Of a stretch of 64,000 nt of DNA, positions 26,662-34,678 are shown in pieces. The DNA comes from an uncultured Akkermansia sp. (lineage in GTDB: Bacteria; Verrucomicrobiota; Verrucomicrobiia; Verrucomicrobiales; V1-33), in NCBI GenBank assembly GCA_964523105.1, contig CAZFZN010000032.1:20570-84569 (forward strand), read 5' to 3'. The notes under the pieces were generated by a model that saw nothing but the letters and a program-made list of their open reading frames with translations, made no database searches and was not told the DNA's origin. Position numbers and translations under genes: made by a program. The stretch's first letter is position 1; the number at the start of each line of letters is the position of its first letter.

Positions 26662-27228
26662 TCACACCGTCATGATCTCCTGCTCCTTCTTCACCACGTG
26701 GACATCGATTTCCTTGGTGTACTTGTCGGTGAGCTTTTGAATCTCAGTCTCCAGCCGCTCCTGATCGTCCTCAGTGATCGCTCCCTCCTTCTGTGCTTTC
26801 TTCACGGCCTCCATGCCGTCGCGGCGCTGGGCGCGGATGCGCACTTTGCCCTCCTCGCCCATGCCTTTGACGCGCTTGGCCATTTCCGCGCGGCGCTCCT
26901 TGTTCATTTCCGGGATCGGCAGGCGAATGGCATTGCCGTCCACGGCGGGATTGATGCCGATGTTCGCTTCCTTCAATCCGCGCTCGATGTCCTTCACCGT
27001 GCCGGGGTCGAACGGTTTGACATAGATGAGGCGCGGCTCCGGAGTGCTGATCATCGCGAGCTGCTTGAGCTGCATGTTGCTGCCATAACTCGGCACATGA
27101 ATCGAAATGCCTTCGACGAGGCTGGGGCTGGCTTTGCCGGTGCGCACGGTGCTGAACTCATGCAGCGTGTACTCGCACGCCTTTTGCATGTGTTCGTCGA
27201 GTTCGAGGAGAAACATTTCGGTGTCCAT
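26662..27228 (-). CDS. frr: Ribosome recycling factor
   Basis: 188 aa. FSTVRTGKASPSLVEGI, PFDP, NPAVDGNAIRLPIPEMNKERR, RRDGMEAVKK. Confidence 0.93.
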   Translation of the reverse strand: MDTEMFLLELDEHMQKACEYTLHEFSTVRTGKASPSLVEGISIHVPSYGSNMQLKQLAMISTPEPRLIYVKPFDPGTVKDIERGLKEANIGINPAVDGNAIRLPIPEMNKERRAEMAKRVKGMGEEGKVRIRAQRRDGMEAVKKAQKEGAITEDDQERLETEIQKLTDKYTKEIDVHVVKKEQEIMTV

Positions 27229-27238
27229 GTGGTGAAAG

Positions 27239-27259
27239 GATGAAGGCTAAAGGATGAAA
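27239..27259. repeat. AT-rich 21-mer GATGAAGGCTAAAGGATGAAA (leader motif family 2) just 5' of the frr start codon on the minus strand
   Basis: An identical 21-mer lies at 31135-31155, just 5' of the transglutaminase gene start. Confidence 0.8.
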
Positions 27260-27287
27260 CTTTGCAGCGCGGATTCCAAATTAATTC

Positions 27288-28067
27288 TCACGCGACCGTC
27301 GCCAGCTCATTGGGCAGCGTGGCAGCGTCGCTCACCAGGGTGCCGATGGGTTCGCCGCTCAATGCGCGGCGGATGTTGTCGGGCTGATGCATGTCGAAAA
27401 CGATGATCGGCTTGTGGTTGTCCATGCAGAGACTGAACGCCGTGGAATCCATCACCTTCAACTGCCGCGCGAGCGCCTCCCGGAAATGCACCTGCTCGAA
27501 CCGGCGCGCCTGCGGATTCTTCTTGGGATCGCTGTCGTAGATGCCGTCCACTTTCGTGGCTTTCAAAATGACATCCGCGTTGATCTCACTGGCGCGCAGG
27601 GCGGCGGTGGTATCGGTGGAGAAATAAGGATTGCCGGTACCGGCGGCGAAAATCACCACGCGGCCCAGTTCCAGATGGCGGATGGCCACGCGCCGGATGA
27701 ACGGCTCGGCCACGGCCTCCAGCTTCAGCGCGCTCATCACGCGGGTCGGCACTTCGATAGCCTCGAGCATTGATTGAATCGCCAGCGAATTCATGATCGT
27801 CGCCAGCATGCCCATGTAGTCCGCGGTGGTGCGCTCCATGCCCTTGTTGCTCGCCGTCAGCCCGCGCCAGAAATTGCCGCCGCCGACCACGATGCCGATC
27901 TCCAGCCCGGTTTGGTGCGCGGCTTTGATCTGCTGCGCGATGTCCTCGACGATGGGCGGCGAAATGTTCTCCATGCTGCCGTCCTCGCGCAGCGCCTCCC
28001 CTGACAATTTGAGCAGCACCCTTTTCCAGGGCTTGCGGAGGGAGGAGGATCCGGAGGATTCTGACAT
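27288..28067 (-). CDS. pyrH: UMP kinase
   Basis: Start reset to MSESSGSS...KRVLLKLSGEAL (ATG at 28067). Motifs GIVVGGGNFWRG and VVIFAAGTGNPYFSTDT. Confidence 0.92.
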   Translation of the reverse strand: MSESSGSSSLRKPWKRVLLKLSGEALREDGSMENISPPIVEDIAQQIKAAHQTGLEIGIVVGGGNFWRGLTASNKGMERTTADYMGMLATIMNSLAIQSMLEAIEVPTRVMSALKLEAVAEPFIRRVAIRHLELGRVVIFAAGTGNPYFSTDTTAALRASEINADVILKATKVDGIYDSDPKKNPQARRFEQVHFREALARQLKVMDSTAFSLCMDNHKPIIVFDMHQPDNIRRALSGEPIGTLVSDAATLPNELATVA

Positions 28068-28153
28068 AAAGGCGGCGCGGGCTGCGCGAGAGAACAGGGA
28101 ACGCCGCGGCGCGCAAAGGAAAACTCCACTCGCCTGCAGGTTCACCTGCAAGG

Positions 28154-28912
28154 CTATGGCCCGGCCTTGTGGAGCACCCACTTGTCCGCGTTGAAGGTGA
28201 TCTTCCGGCCCTCTTCGCGGGCGAACCGCTCCACGGCGAGCCGCACGCCGTCCCACGACCAGTCGTCGCCGAACAGCAGCCCCTTTTCATCCGCCACCTC
28301 CCACCAGCTGCACAAATCCTGATAGACATCCTCCTCCTCGTGACTGGCGTCCACGTAGATCAGATCCGCGGTCAGTCCGAACCGCCGGAACCACAGCGCC
28401 GCCGTGGCGGAGGTCTGCGGAAAGGGGGTGATGCGGTCCTGGTGCCCCTGATGACAGACGTTGGCGAGAAACTGATAGTAAACCGTGGGATAACCGTGTT
28501 TGAGCGCGAGGCTGCCAAAGCGCTGCGGGTCGCTCTGGTCCGTCCAGAACTCGAGCGCCCCCAGCCAGGTGTCGATGCACACGATCTGCGTGCCCAGTCC
28601 CAGATCCCGGCAGGCGGCGGCCATTTCAATGGCGGAAGCCCCCTTCCACGTGCCGACTTCGACAATGAGGCGGGGTTTGTGTGCCTCGATCAGGTCACGG
28701 AAAGCCGGTGACTGTCCACCCCAGCCGTGCGCGTCGAACGGCAGCGTTTTCCAGTCGAAGCCCGCGTACGGATCTTCGCGGTGGAGCAGCCGCCGGATGT
28801 CCGCGCCGGCGACAGCCTCCCCGGCCGGACCGGCACTGCGGCGCGGTGCGGTCCGGATTTTTTTGATGCTGTAGCCGGCTTTGTAGAGCAGCGATTTGAG
28901 CAGCGACTTCAT
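28154..28912 (-). CDS. Class I SAM-dependent methyltransferase (Methyltransf_24 / CmcI-TylF-like)
   Basis: Start reset to MKSLLKSLL (ATG at 28912). LIVEVGTWKGASAIEMA resembles the SAM-binding motif, and DLIYVDASHEEEDV is the downstream acidic motif. Confidence 0.65.
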   Translation of the reverse strand: MKSLLKSLLYKAGYSIKKIRTAPRRSAGPAGEAVAGADIRRLLHREDPYAGFDWKTLPFDAHGWGGQSPAFRDLIEAHKPRLIVEVGTWKGASAIEMAAACRDLGLGTQIVCIDTWLGALEFWTDQSDPQRFGSLALKHGYPTVYYQFLANVCHQGHQDRITPFPQTSATAALWFRRFGLTADLIYVDASHEEEDVYQDLCSWWEVADEKGLLFGDDWSWDGVRLAVERFAREEGRKITFNADKWVLHKAGP

Positions 28913-28931
28913 GAGGAGAATCGGAAAGCGT

Positions 28932-31118
28932 TCAGTTTTGGTCAGTCTGCCTGAGCCGCTGTTCCGCGGCCCGCGCAACGGCGAGGTAAGCCTCCTCCTG
29001 CGCCGCATCGCACCGGGCGTCCGCATAGCGGCGGGCATAATGATAGGCCAGCATGGGGTCGAACTCGCCGCCGGCAAGACCGCGCCGGCGCACGGCGGCG
29101 AGGTATTCGCGCGGCGTGCTGCCCTGACGCCGCGGCAGCCCGGCCTCCCGGAACACACGCAGGAACTCCGCATAATACAGCGGCTGTTGTTCATCCTCCG
29201 CGAAAGCATCCGGAGTCTCCCCGGCCTCCCGCTCCCTCCGCCACATCATCCGGAGCAGAAAATACAGCACCGCCGCCACGGCGAGCCATGTGAGAACCTG
29301 CTTCGCCCGCTCCATCGGATCCATCGCGGCGATTTTGGTCAGGGTGTCGTTCCACCATGCGCTGAGGGAAAACTCCTCCGGCTGCTCCGTTTTCCCCTCG
29401 TCCGGCTGTTTCTCATTCTGTTCCGCGAACTGTTTCTCATCGAAGGCCGGCTTCGCCGGCTCCTGATCTCCTCCGATGCGCCCGATGTTTCCCGGCGGCG
29501 TGAAGTCGCAGATCGTCCAGCCGCGGCCCTCGACGTACATCTCCGTCCACGCGTGCGCCGATTCGTCAGTGAAAATGAAGACACCGCTTTCCGCATCGAA
29601 GTTTTTGCCGGCATAGCCGTAGGCGATGCGCGTCGGCACGCCGTAATACCGCAGCATCAGGGCCGCCGCCGTGGCGTAGAAATCGCAGAATCCGCGGCGC
29701 TCCACCGTGAGAAAATTATCCAGCGGCGCCATGCCGTTGCCGCCTTTGACGACGGTGCTGTACTGGATCTCCCGGGCGAACCACGCCTGCATCGCCTCCA
29801 CCCGCTGCACCAGCGGCACAGCCCGTTCCGGATTGAGGCTGGCTTCGCTGTGCACGAGGTCCATGACGGCACGGTTGTCAGGCGTGGCTGACTGCGCGGG
29901 ATTGCCGGTGTTCCCCGCCCTGAGCGCGCCGCGATCCGGCAGCGTCTCCCAGTTCACCGGCGTCGAGACGGCATCATAGCGAATGGCGCCGGAGGTTTGC
30001 ATCTGGTGGGCATCGCCTGGCAGGACATACACCCGCGGCAGGTGCAGCGCCGTCACATTCTGCAGCGCCGGCAGCGTGTAGCCGTCGGCATTTTCAAGGA
30101 AAACGGTGTGCGGAACGGCGGCCGCGCCGGCCTGACTGAATGTGATGACCCCGTCCGCGGTGCCGTCGGCGGCGTCGCTGATCCACTGACCTCCCTGCAC
30201 GGACGGCGACCACACGCCGTCCCGCCAGTAATCCAGCGTGTGGCTGCGCACATACACGGTCCGTTCCGCCAGTTTCGCCGCCGCGGCGGAACTGTGAGGG
30301 CGAAGATAGAGCACGGTCTCGCCCGTGGCCCGGAGATCCGCCTGCTCCGGCAGCCGGTGTTGTCCGGTGACCGCGGAGGAATCGAGCCCCGGCCGCTGCG
30401 CAGGACCGCTGTCCGCCGGAGCGGATTCCGGTTTCTGCTCATGCGGCGGACGCTGGGCCGGGGTGTCCGCTTTCAGTTTCCACCGCGGTGAGATTTCGCA
30501 GAGCTTCTCCGCCGCGGCCGGCAGCACGCCGCTGAAAACCGCGGCGATAGCCGCCAGCACCGCCGACAGCAATACGATGCGCCGCACCCGCGCGCCCGGA
30601 GAAACACCGCCGGCACGCCGCCCGGGTTTCAAACGAGTCACGCGCGCCAGTTCCCACGCCGGAATCGCCAGCACCAGCACCAGCAGCGCCAGCGGACCGG
30701 TGATCCACGAACTGACATTCCCCGCTCCGCGCAGCAGCACGAACACCAGGCCCATCGCCGAATAAAATGCCACGGTGAACACCAGGCCGCGCATCCTCAC
30801 ATTCTGCGGCGCCGGATCCCTGCCGAGTGCAATTTCCCAAAAGCACTGCGTCGCCGCCAGCAGGTGCGGCAGCGCAAGGAAACACAGCAGCGTCGGCAAC
30901 AGCGATGCCTTATAATACAGCGGCCCCGCCACCGCGATCAGCCCCGCCGCGAGCGCCCGCACCAGTTCACCCCACGCGGCGCCCTGTTTCCAGACGGCGG
31001 CGTAAAACAGCAGCCCGCAGGTCACCGCCGCGAGCAGAAACGGATTTCCGGAAACCAGCCACGCCAGCGCGCCCTCAATCGCGAGGAAGGCGGCGAAGAT
31101 GACGAGAGAGGGGCGCAT
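28932..31118 (-). CDS. Transglutaminase-like membrane protein (TgpA-type: multi-TM N-terminus plus Cys-His-Asp core)
   Basis: Six or more N-terminal TM helices. Core RGFCDFYATAAALMLRYYGVPTRIAYGY ... HAWTEMYVEGRGWTICDFTP. Confidence 0.85.
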   Translation of the reverse strand: MRPSLVIFAAFLAIEGALAWLVSGNPFLLAAVTCGLLFYAAVWKQGAAWGELVRALAAGLIAVAGPLYYKASLLPTLLCFLALPHLLAATQCFWEIALGRDPAPQNVRMRGLVFTVAFYSAMGLVFVLLRGAGNVSSWITGPLALLVLVLAIPAWELARVTRLKPGRRAGGVSPGARVRRIVLLSAVLAAIAAVFSGVLPAAAEKLCEISPRWKLKADTPAQRPPHEQKPESAPADSGPAQRPGLDSSAVTGQHRLPEQADLRATGETVLYLRPHSSAAAAKLAERTVYVRSHTLDYWRDGVWSPSVQGGQWISDAADGTADGVITFSQAGAAAVPHTVFLENADGYTLPALQNVTALHLPRVYVLPGDAHQMQTSGAIRYDAVSTPVNWETLPDRGALRAGNTGNPAQSATPDNRAVMDLVHSEASLNPERAVPLVQRVEAMQAWFAREIQYSTVVKGGNGMAPLDNFLTVERRGFCDFYATAAALMLRYYGVPTRIAYGYAGKNFDAESGVFIFTDESAHAWTEMYVEGRGWTICDFTPPGNIGRIGGDQEPAKPAFDEKQFAEQNEKQPDEGKTEQPEEFSLSAWWNDTLTKIAAMDPMERAKQVLTWLAVAAVLYFLLRMMWRREREAGETPDAFAEDEQQPLYYAEFLRVFREAGLPRRQGSTPREYLAAVRRRGLAGGEFDPMLAYHYARRYADARCDAAQEEAYLAVARAAEQRLRQTDQN

Positions 31119-31126
31119 GGCGGAAA

Positions 31127-31236
31127 GGATGAAAGATGAAGGCTAAAGGATGAAAGCAGTGCGGTGATTGGAACTAAGGCGCTAATTGGATTTGAGAGTT
31201 TGAGTTTTCATCCTTCAGACTTCAGCCTTCATACTT
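31127..31236. repeat. Leader motif family 2 copy plus an imperfect inverted partner (hairpin spanning the DUF58 stop to the transglutaminase start)
   Basis: gatgaaggctaaaggatgaaa (31135-31155) faces ttttcatccttcagacttcagccttcata (about 31205-31233). The right arm overlaps the last DUF58 codons (SMKAEV*). Confidence 0.65.
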
Positions 31237-32381
31237 CTGAACGCCCCCGGCCGCTTCACCCGCAGATCGCCCACACTCAGGCAGGTGATGGCGAACGGGA
31301 ACTCCGGCAGCAGCGGCTCCCAGTCGCGCACCGACACGTCGCTGAGAATGAAAACCCGCGTGTGGCGCTCCACAAAACTGAGCGCGCGGAGGAGATTCAC
31401 GGCGTCGCGCTCGCCGTTGCGGCGCGCGGCGGCCAAAAGATAGAGTGCGTCCTCGATTTGCGGCGGCGTGGACACGGGCACCGCCTGCCAGTCGGTGAAG
31501 GACGCCATGAGGTCCATGGGAATGCAGTTGTCGCGGCAGTGCATGAGCAGACCGCAGAGCAGTTCCATGGCGCTCTCGAACGCGTCCCCGCGCTCGCCGG
31601 TTTGCCGGCCAGGAAAGATACTGTGGAAGACGACGAAGAATTTTTCGGGCAGCGGGCGGTCGAACTGCCGCACCATGAACCGTCCGCTGCGGGCGATGCT
31701 GGGCCAGTGCAGCAGCTTGAGCCGGTCGCCGGGTTGAAAACCGCGCACCCCGTGGAAGTCGCCCATCCAGTCGCGGTGCGTGCTCTCGGATTCCTCGGTA
31801 TCGATCATCGCGGAATCCGTCGCATCCTCCAGCGCGCGCGGGGTCACGGGCCGGGGGAAGACCGTGACGTCGATGGTATCGCGCAGTTCCCTGCGGCTGC
31901 GCCACAGTCCGAGAGGAAAGGTGGAACTCAGCAGCGAGCGCACGCGCTGGGCCGTGCCGCGCCGCATCAGCCGTGTTGTCAGGGTGCGCACCACGCGGCC
32001 GCCGCCGCTGCGCAGCCACCGCGCCGTCAGCCCGCGCTCCGCGGGACCCGCGATGCCGTCCTCAAGTTCCACCGCCACGCTGTCGAGGTGCGGTTTGTCA
32101 TTCACCAGTTCCAGGTCCATGGGAAACAACTGCCCCGCGAAACAGGTCTCCGGCAGCTTCCGCTCCACGCGCAGCCCGCGGAGATTGCGGCGCGCCAGCG
32201 GCCATGTCAGCGGCAGCAGCAGCATGCCGAGCAGGCCCAGTCGCACGGCGTTGGGTTCGGGAATCACCGCACCCGCCACCGTGACGGTCAACGAGAGCAG
32301 CAGCAGTCCCGCCCCGCGGCCCGTGAGCCGCGTGCCGTCGCGTGGTTTGTCGCGGTCGCGCGCCATGCCGCGGCCTGGCAC
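31215..32381 (-). CDS. DUF58 domain protein (second copy, no adjacent MoxR)
   Basis: DFHGVRGFQPGDRLKLLHWPSIARSGRFMVRQFD is the DUF58 signature, with N-terminal TM helices. The exact start is uncertain. Confidence 0.8.
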   Translation of the reverse strand: MPGRGMARDRDKPRDGTRLTGRGAGLLLLSLTVTVAGAVIPEPNAVRLGLLGMLLLPLTWPLARRNLRGLRVERKLPETCFAGQLFPMDLELVNDKPHLDSVAVELEDGIAGPAERGLTARWLRSGGGRVVRTLTTRLMRRGTAQRVRSLLSSTFPLGLWRSRRELRDTIDVTVFPRPVTPRALEDATDSAMIDTEESESTHRDWMGDFHGVRGFQPGDRLKLLHWPSIARSGRFMVRQFDRPLPEKFFVVFHSIFPGRQTGERGDAFESAMELLCGLLMHCRDNCIPMDLMASFTDWQAVPVSTPPQIEDALYLLAAARRNGERDAVNLLRALSFVERHTRVFILSDVSVRDWEPLLPEFPFAITCLSVGDLRVKRPGAFRSMKAEV

Positions 32382-32471
32382 AATCGCCCCGGCCTCACAA
32401 CGGGCATTTGAGAATCTGTCGCCCGTTTCCGGCGGTTGTCGCGGCGGCCGGGCGGTTCCAGACTGCGGCCG

Positions 32472-33872
32472 ATGAAAACCGCTGCACTTCTCCTCTTCAC
32501 CGCCACCCTGTCAGTCTCTGCGGCGGATTACGTGATCGTTGTCTCACAGCGCACCGCCTCCGACGCCGCATGGCAGCCGGTGGTGGAGAAGCTGAAAATC
32601 AAACACGCCGCGCAGACGGTGACTTTCAATAAGGCGGCGGAGGAAGTGCTGCCGGCGCTGCAAAAAGAGATGCCGCGCTACACCTGTTTTGTCGCGACGC
32701 GCGAAGAGGCGACGCGGGAATTCGTGCACCGCGTGCACCGCCTGACCCGCCGGCTCGACGCCGATCCCTTCACCGACACCCGCTGGGGCATTCTCACCGG
32801 TTTCGATGCGGCGAATGCCCTGGCCATCGCCGGCGAGGAGAAACCGTTGACCATCCACAAGGCCGGCAGCGGCACTGAACTGGCGATGGACCGCATCGAG
32901 TCCGGCACATGGTACTGCGAACTGCGCAAAGGCCACATGGTGCAGCAGGAAAAAGGCGGCTCCGCGGAGGAAAAGAAAGTGGAGCCCGACACGACGAAGG
33001 CGCTGGTGGACCTCATGAATGCCGCGCCGGATTTGTGGGTCACGTCCGGCCACGCCACGGAGCGCGACTGGATGATCGGATTCCGCTACCGCAACGGATT
33101 CTGGAAGAGCAAAGCCGGACGGCTTTTCGGCGAAGACACGAAAGGCGCGACCTTCGATGTGAACAGTCCGAATCCCAAAGTTTATCTGCCTGTCGGCAAC
33201 TGCCTCATGGGCCACATCGACGGCCCCGACGCGATGGCGCTGGCCTTCATGAAGAGCGCCGCGGTGCGCCAAATGGCCGGCTATGTGCTCCCGACGTGGT
33301 ACGGTTATCAGGGCTGGGGCCTGCTGGACTATTTCGTCGAACAACCGGGCCGCTACACCCTCACGGAAGCCTTTCACGCCAACAACCTCGCGCTGGTGCA
33401 CCGGTTAATGACGCAGTTTCCCGGCGCGGAGAAAGTCGAATCCGTGGACGAAATGGGCCGCCCGCCGCGCGGCACGGAACTGCCCGCGCCGGCCGGCAAA
33501 CTGACGCGTCAGGACCTGCACGGACTGCTCTTCGACCGGGACAACGTCGCCTTCTACGGCGATCCCGCGTGGGAGGCGCGCATGGCTCCCGGCAAACTGA
33601 ACTGGGAACAGAAACTGACGGAGGAGAGCGGCACCTTCACCCTGACACTCACACCCCTCGCCGGCGCGGAGACATGGAAGCCGGTGAACACAAACGGTTC
33701 CCAGCGCGGCGGACGCCCTGTGGTGCAGTTTCTGCCCCGCAGGATTCAGCCGGAGAACGTCAAGGTTATCGACGGCGCGGACTTGAACCCGGTAATCACG
33801 GATGACTTCATTCTCGTGCCGCTGCCGCAGGATTCGGCCGCGCCCGTGACGGTGCGTTTTCGTGCAGAGTAG
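32472..33872 (+). CDS. Secreted protein, possibly of the peptidase C25/caspase-like fold
   Basis: Start chosen at MKTAALLLFTATLSVSA (signal peptide). The candidate His/Cys dyad contexts VTSGHATE and LPVGNCLMGH are reminiscent of gingipain-type proteases. The family assignment is tentative. Confidence 0.4.
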   Translation: MKTAALLLFTATLSVSAADYVIVVSQRTASDAAWQPVVEKLKIKHAAQTVTFNKAAEEVLPALQKEMPRYTCFVATREEATREFVHRVHRLTRRLDADPFTDTRWGILTGFDAANALAIAGEEKPLTIHKAGSGTELAMDRIESGTWYCELRKGHMVQQEKGGSAEEKKVEPDTTKALVDLMNAAPDLWVTSGHATERDWMIGFRYRNGFWKSKAGRLFGEDTKGATFDVNSPNPKVYLPVGNCLMGHIDGPDAMALAFMKSAAVRQMAGYVLPTWYGYQGWGLLDYFVEQPGRYTLTEAFHANNLALVHRLMTQFPGAEKVESVDEMGRPPRGTELPAPAGKLTRQDLHGLLFDRDNVAFYGDPAWEARMAPGKLNWEQKLTEESGTFTLTLTPLAGAETWKPVNTNGSQRGGRPVVQFLPRRIQPENVKVIDGADLNPVITDDFILVPLPQDSAAPVTVRFRAE

Positions 33873-33994
33873 CAACCGCCCGGACGACGGGAAGGCGGTG
33901 AAAAGATTCCAGATTTTTCTGGCATGAAACTCGCTGCGTGCTGTAATCCGCTTTCGATTCAGACATCTTGCCGCTTCCACCACACCCGACACCC

Positions 33995-34678
33995 ATGAAC
34001 TATACCAACTGCTCCATCGCCGCCGCCGTGATCCTCGCCGCCGCTGTCCCGGCGCACGCGACACTCGCCACATGGCAGGCTGAGGTCGGTGCCGGCACCG
34101 CCCCGGCTGTCACCCTTTTTTCCACCGTGAGTGGAGCCACCCCTCAGTCGATCAACGTTGGTTCCCTGTCCGGGGACCGCGCCTTTGAATTCATCTACAA
34201 TGCCGGAACCGGTGTCCCGTCGCAGGCGCTCCTGGGCAGCCAGGACGCTGCCTCCGGAAGCCAGGGACTCAAGGTGGACCAGTGGAATGCCAGCGGCGTC
34301 TATGGCGTGACCGATTTCGGTGTCGCTGACCACTACTCGTCAGCCTCCACCCTGACAAATCAGGACGTGCACATCATCTATTCTTCAGATGGAGTGGACA
34401 CGCACATGTATCTGAACGGCGCTCTCGCGTTTACCTACATCGGTGTGGACCTCACCGTCACCGGATTGGCCGGTATCGGTGCCGCTGATAATTCCACCCA
34501 CACTGCATTCTTCGACCAGCTTCAGGGCAGCATTTTCGGATTCGCCAGTTACGACTCGGCGCTGAGTGCCGCCGAAGTGGGCGCTCATTACAATGCCTTC
34601 GTCATCCCGGAGCCGGGGGTGGCCGGATTGGCGATGCTCGCCGGATTTACCTGGCTGGCCCGCCGCCGGAGCCGGTAA
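33995..34678 (+). CDS. LamG-like jellyroll protein with PEP-CTERM sorting signal
   Basis: Signal peptide MNYTNCSIAAAVILAAAVPAHA. C-terminus VIPEPGVAGLAMLAGFTWLARRRSR (PEP motif + TM + basic tail). The LamG-like body includes YLNGAL and SALSAAEV. Confidence 0.75.
   Translation: MNYTNCSIAAAVILAAAVPAHATLATWQAEVGAGTAPAVTLFSTVSGATPQSINVGSLSGDRAFEFIYNAGTGVPSQALLGSQDAASGSQGLKVDQWNASGVYGVTDFGVADHYSSASTLTNQDVHIIYSSDGVDTHMYLNGALAFTYIGVDLTVTGLAGIGAADNSTHTAFFDQLQGSIFGFASYDSALSAAEVGAHYNAFVIPEPGVAGLAMLAGFTWLARRRSR

Noticed and set aside
27288-29209. Over-extended N-termini of pyrH (to 28256) and the methyltransferase (to 29209) in the track
   Set aside because: The extensions overlap the upstream genes and are Arg/Pro-rich. 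Internal ATGs at 28067 and 28912 give canonical N-termini and normal intergenic spacing.
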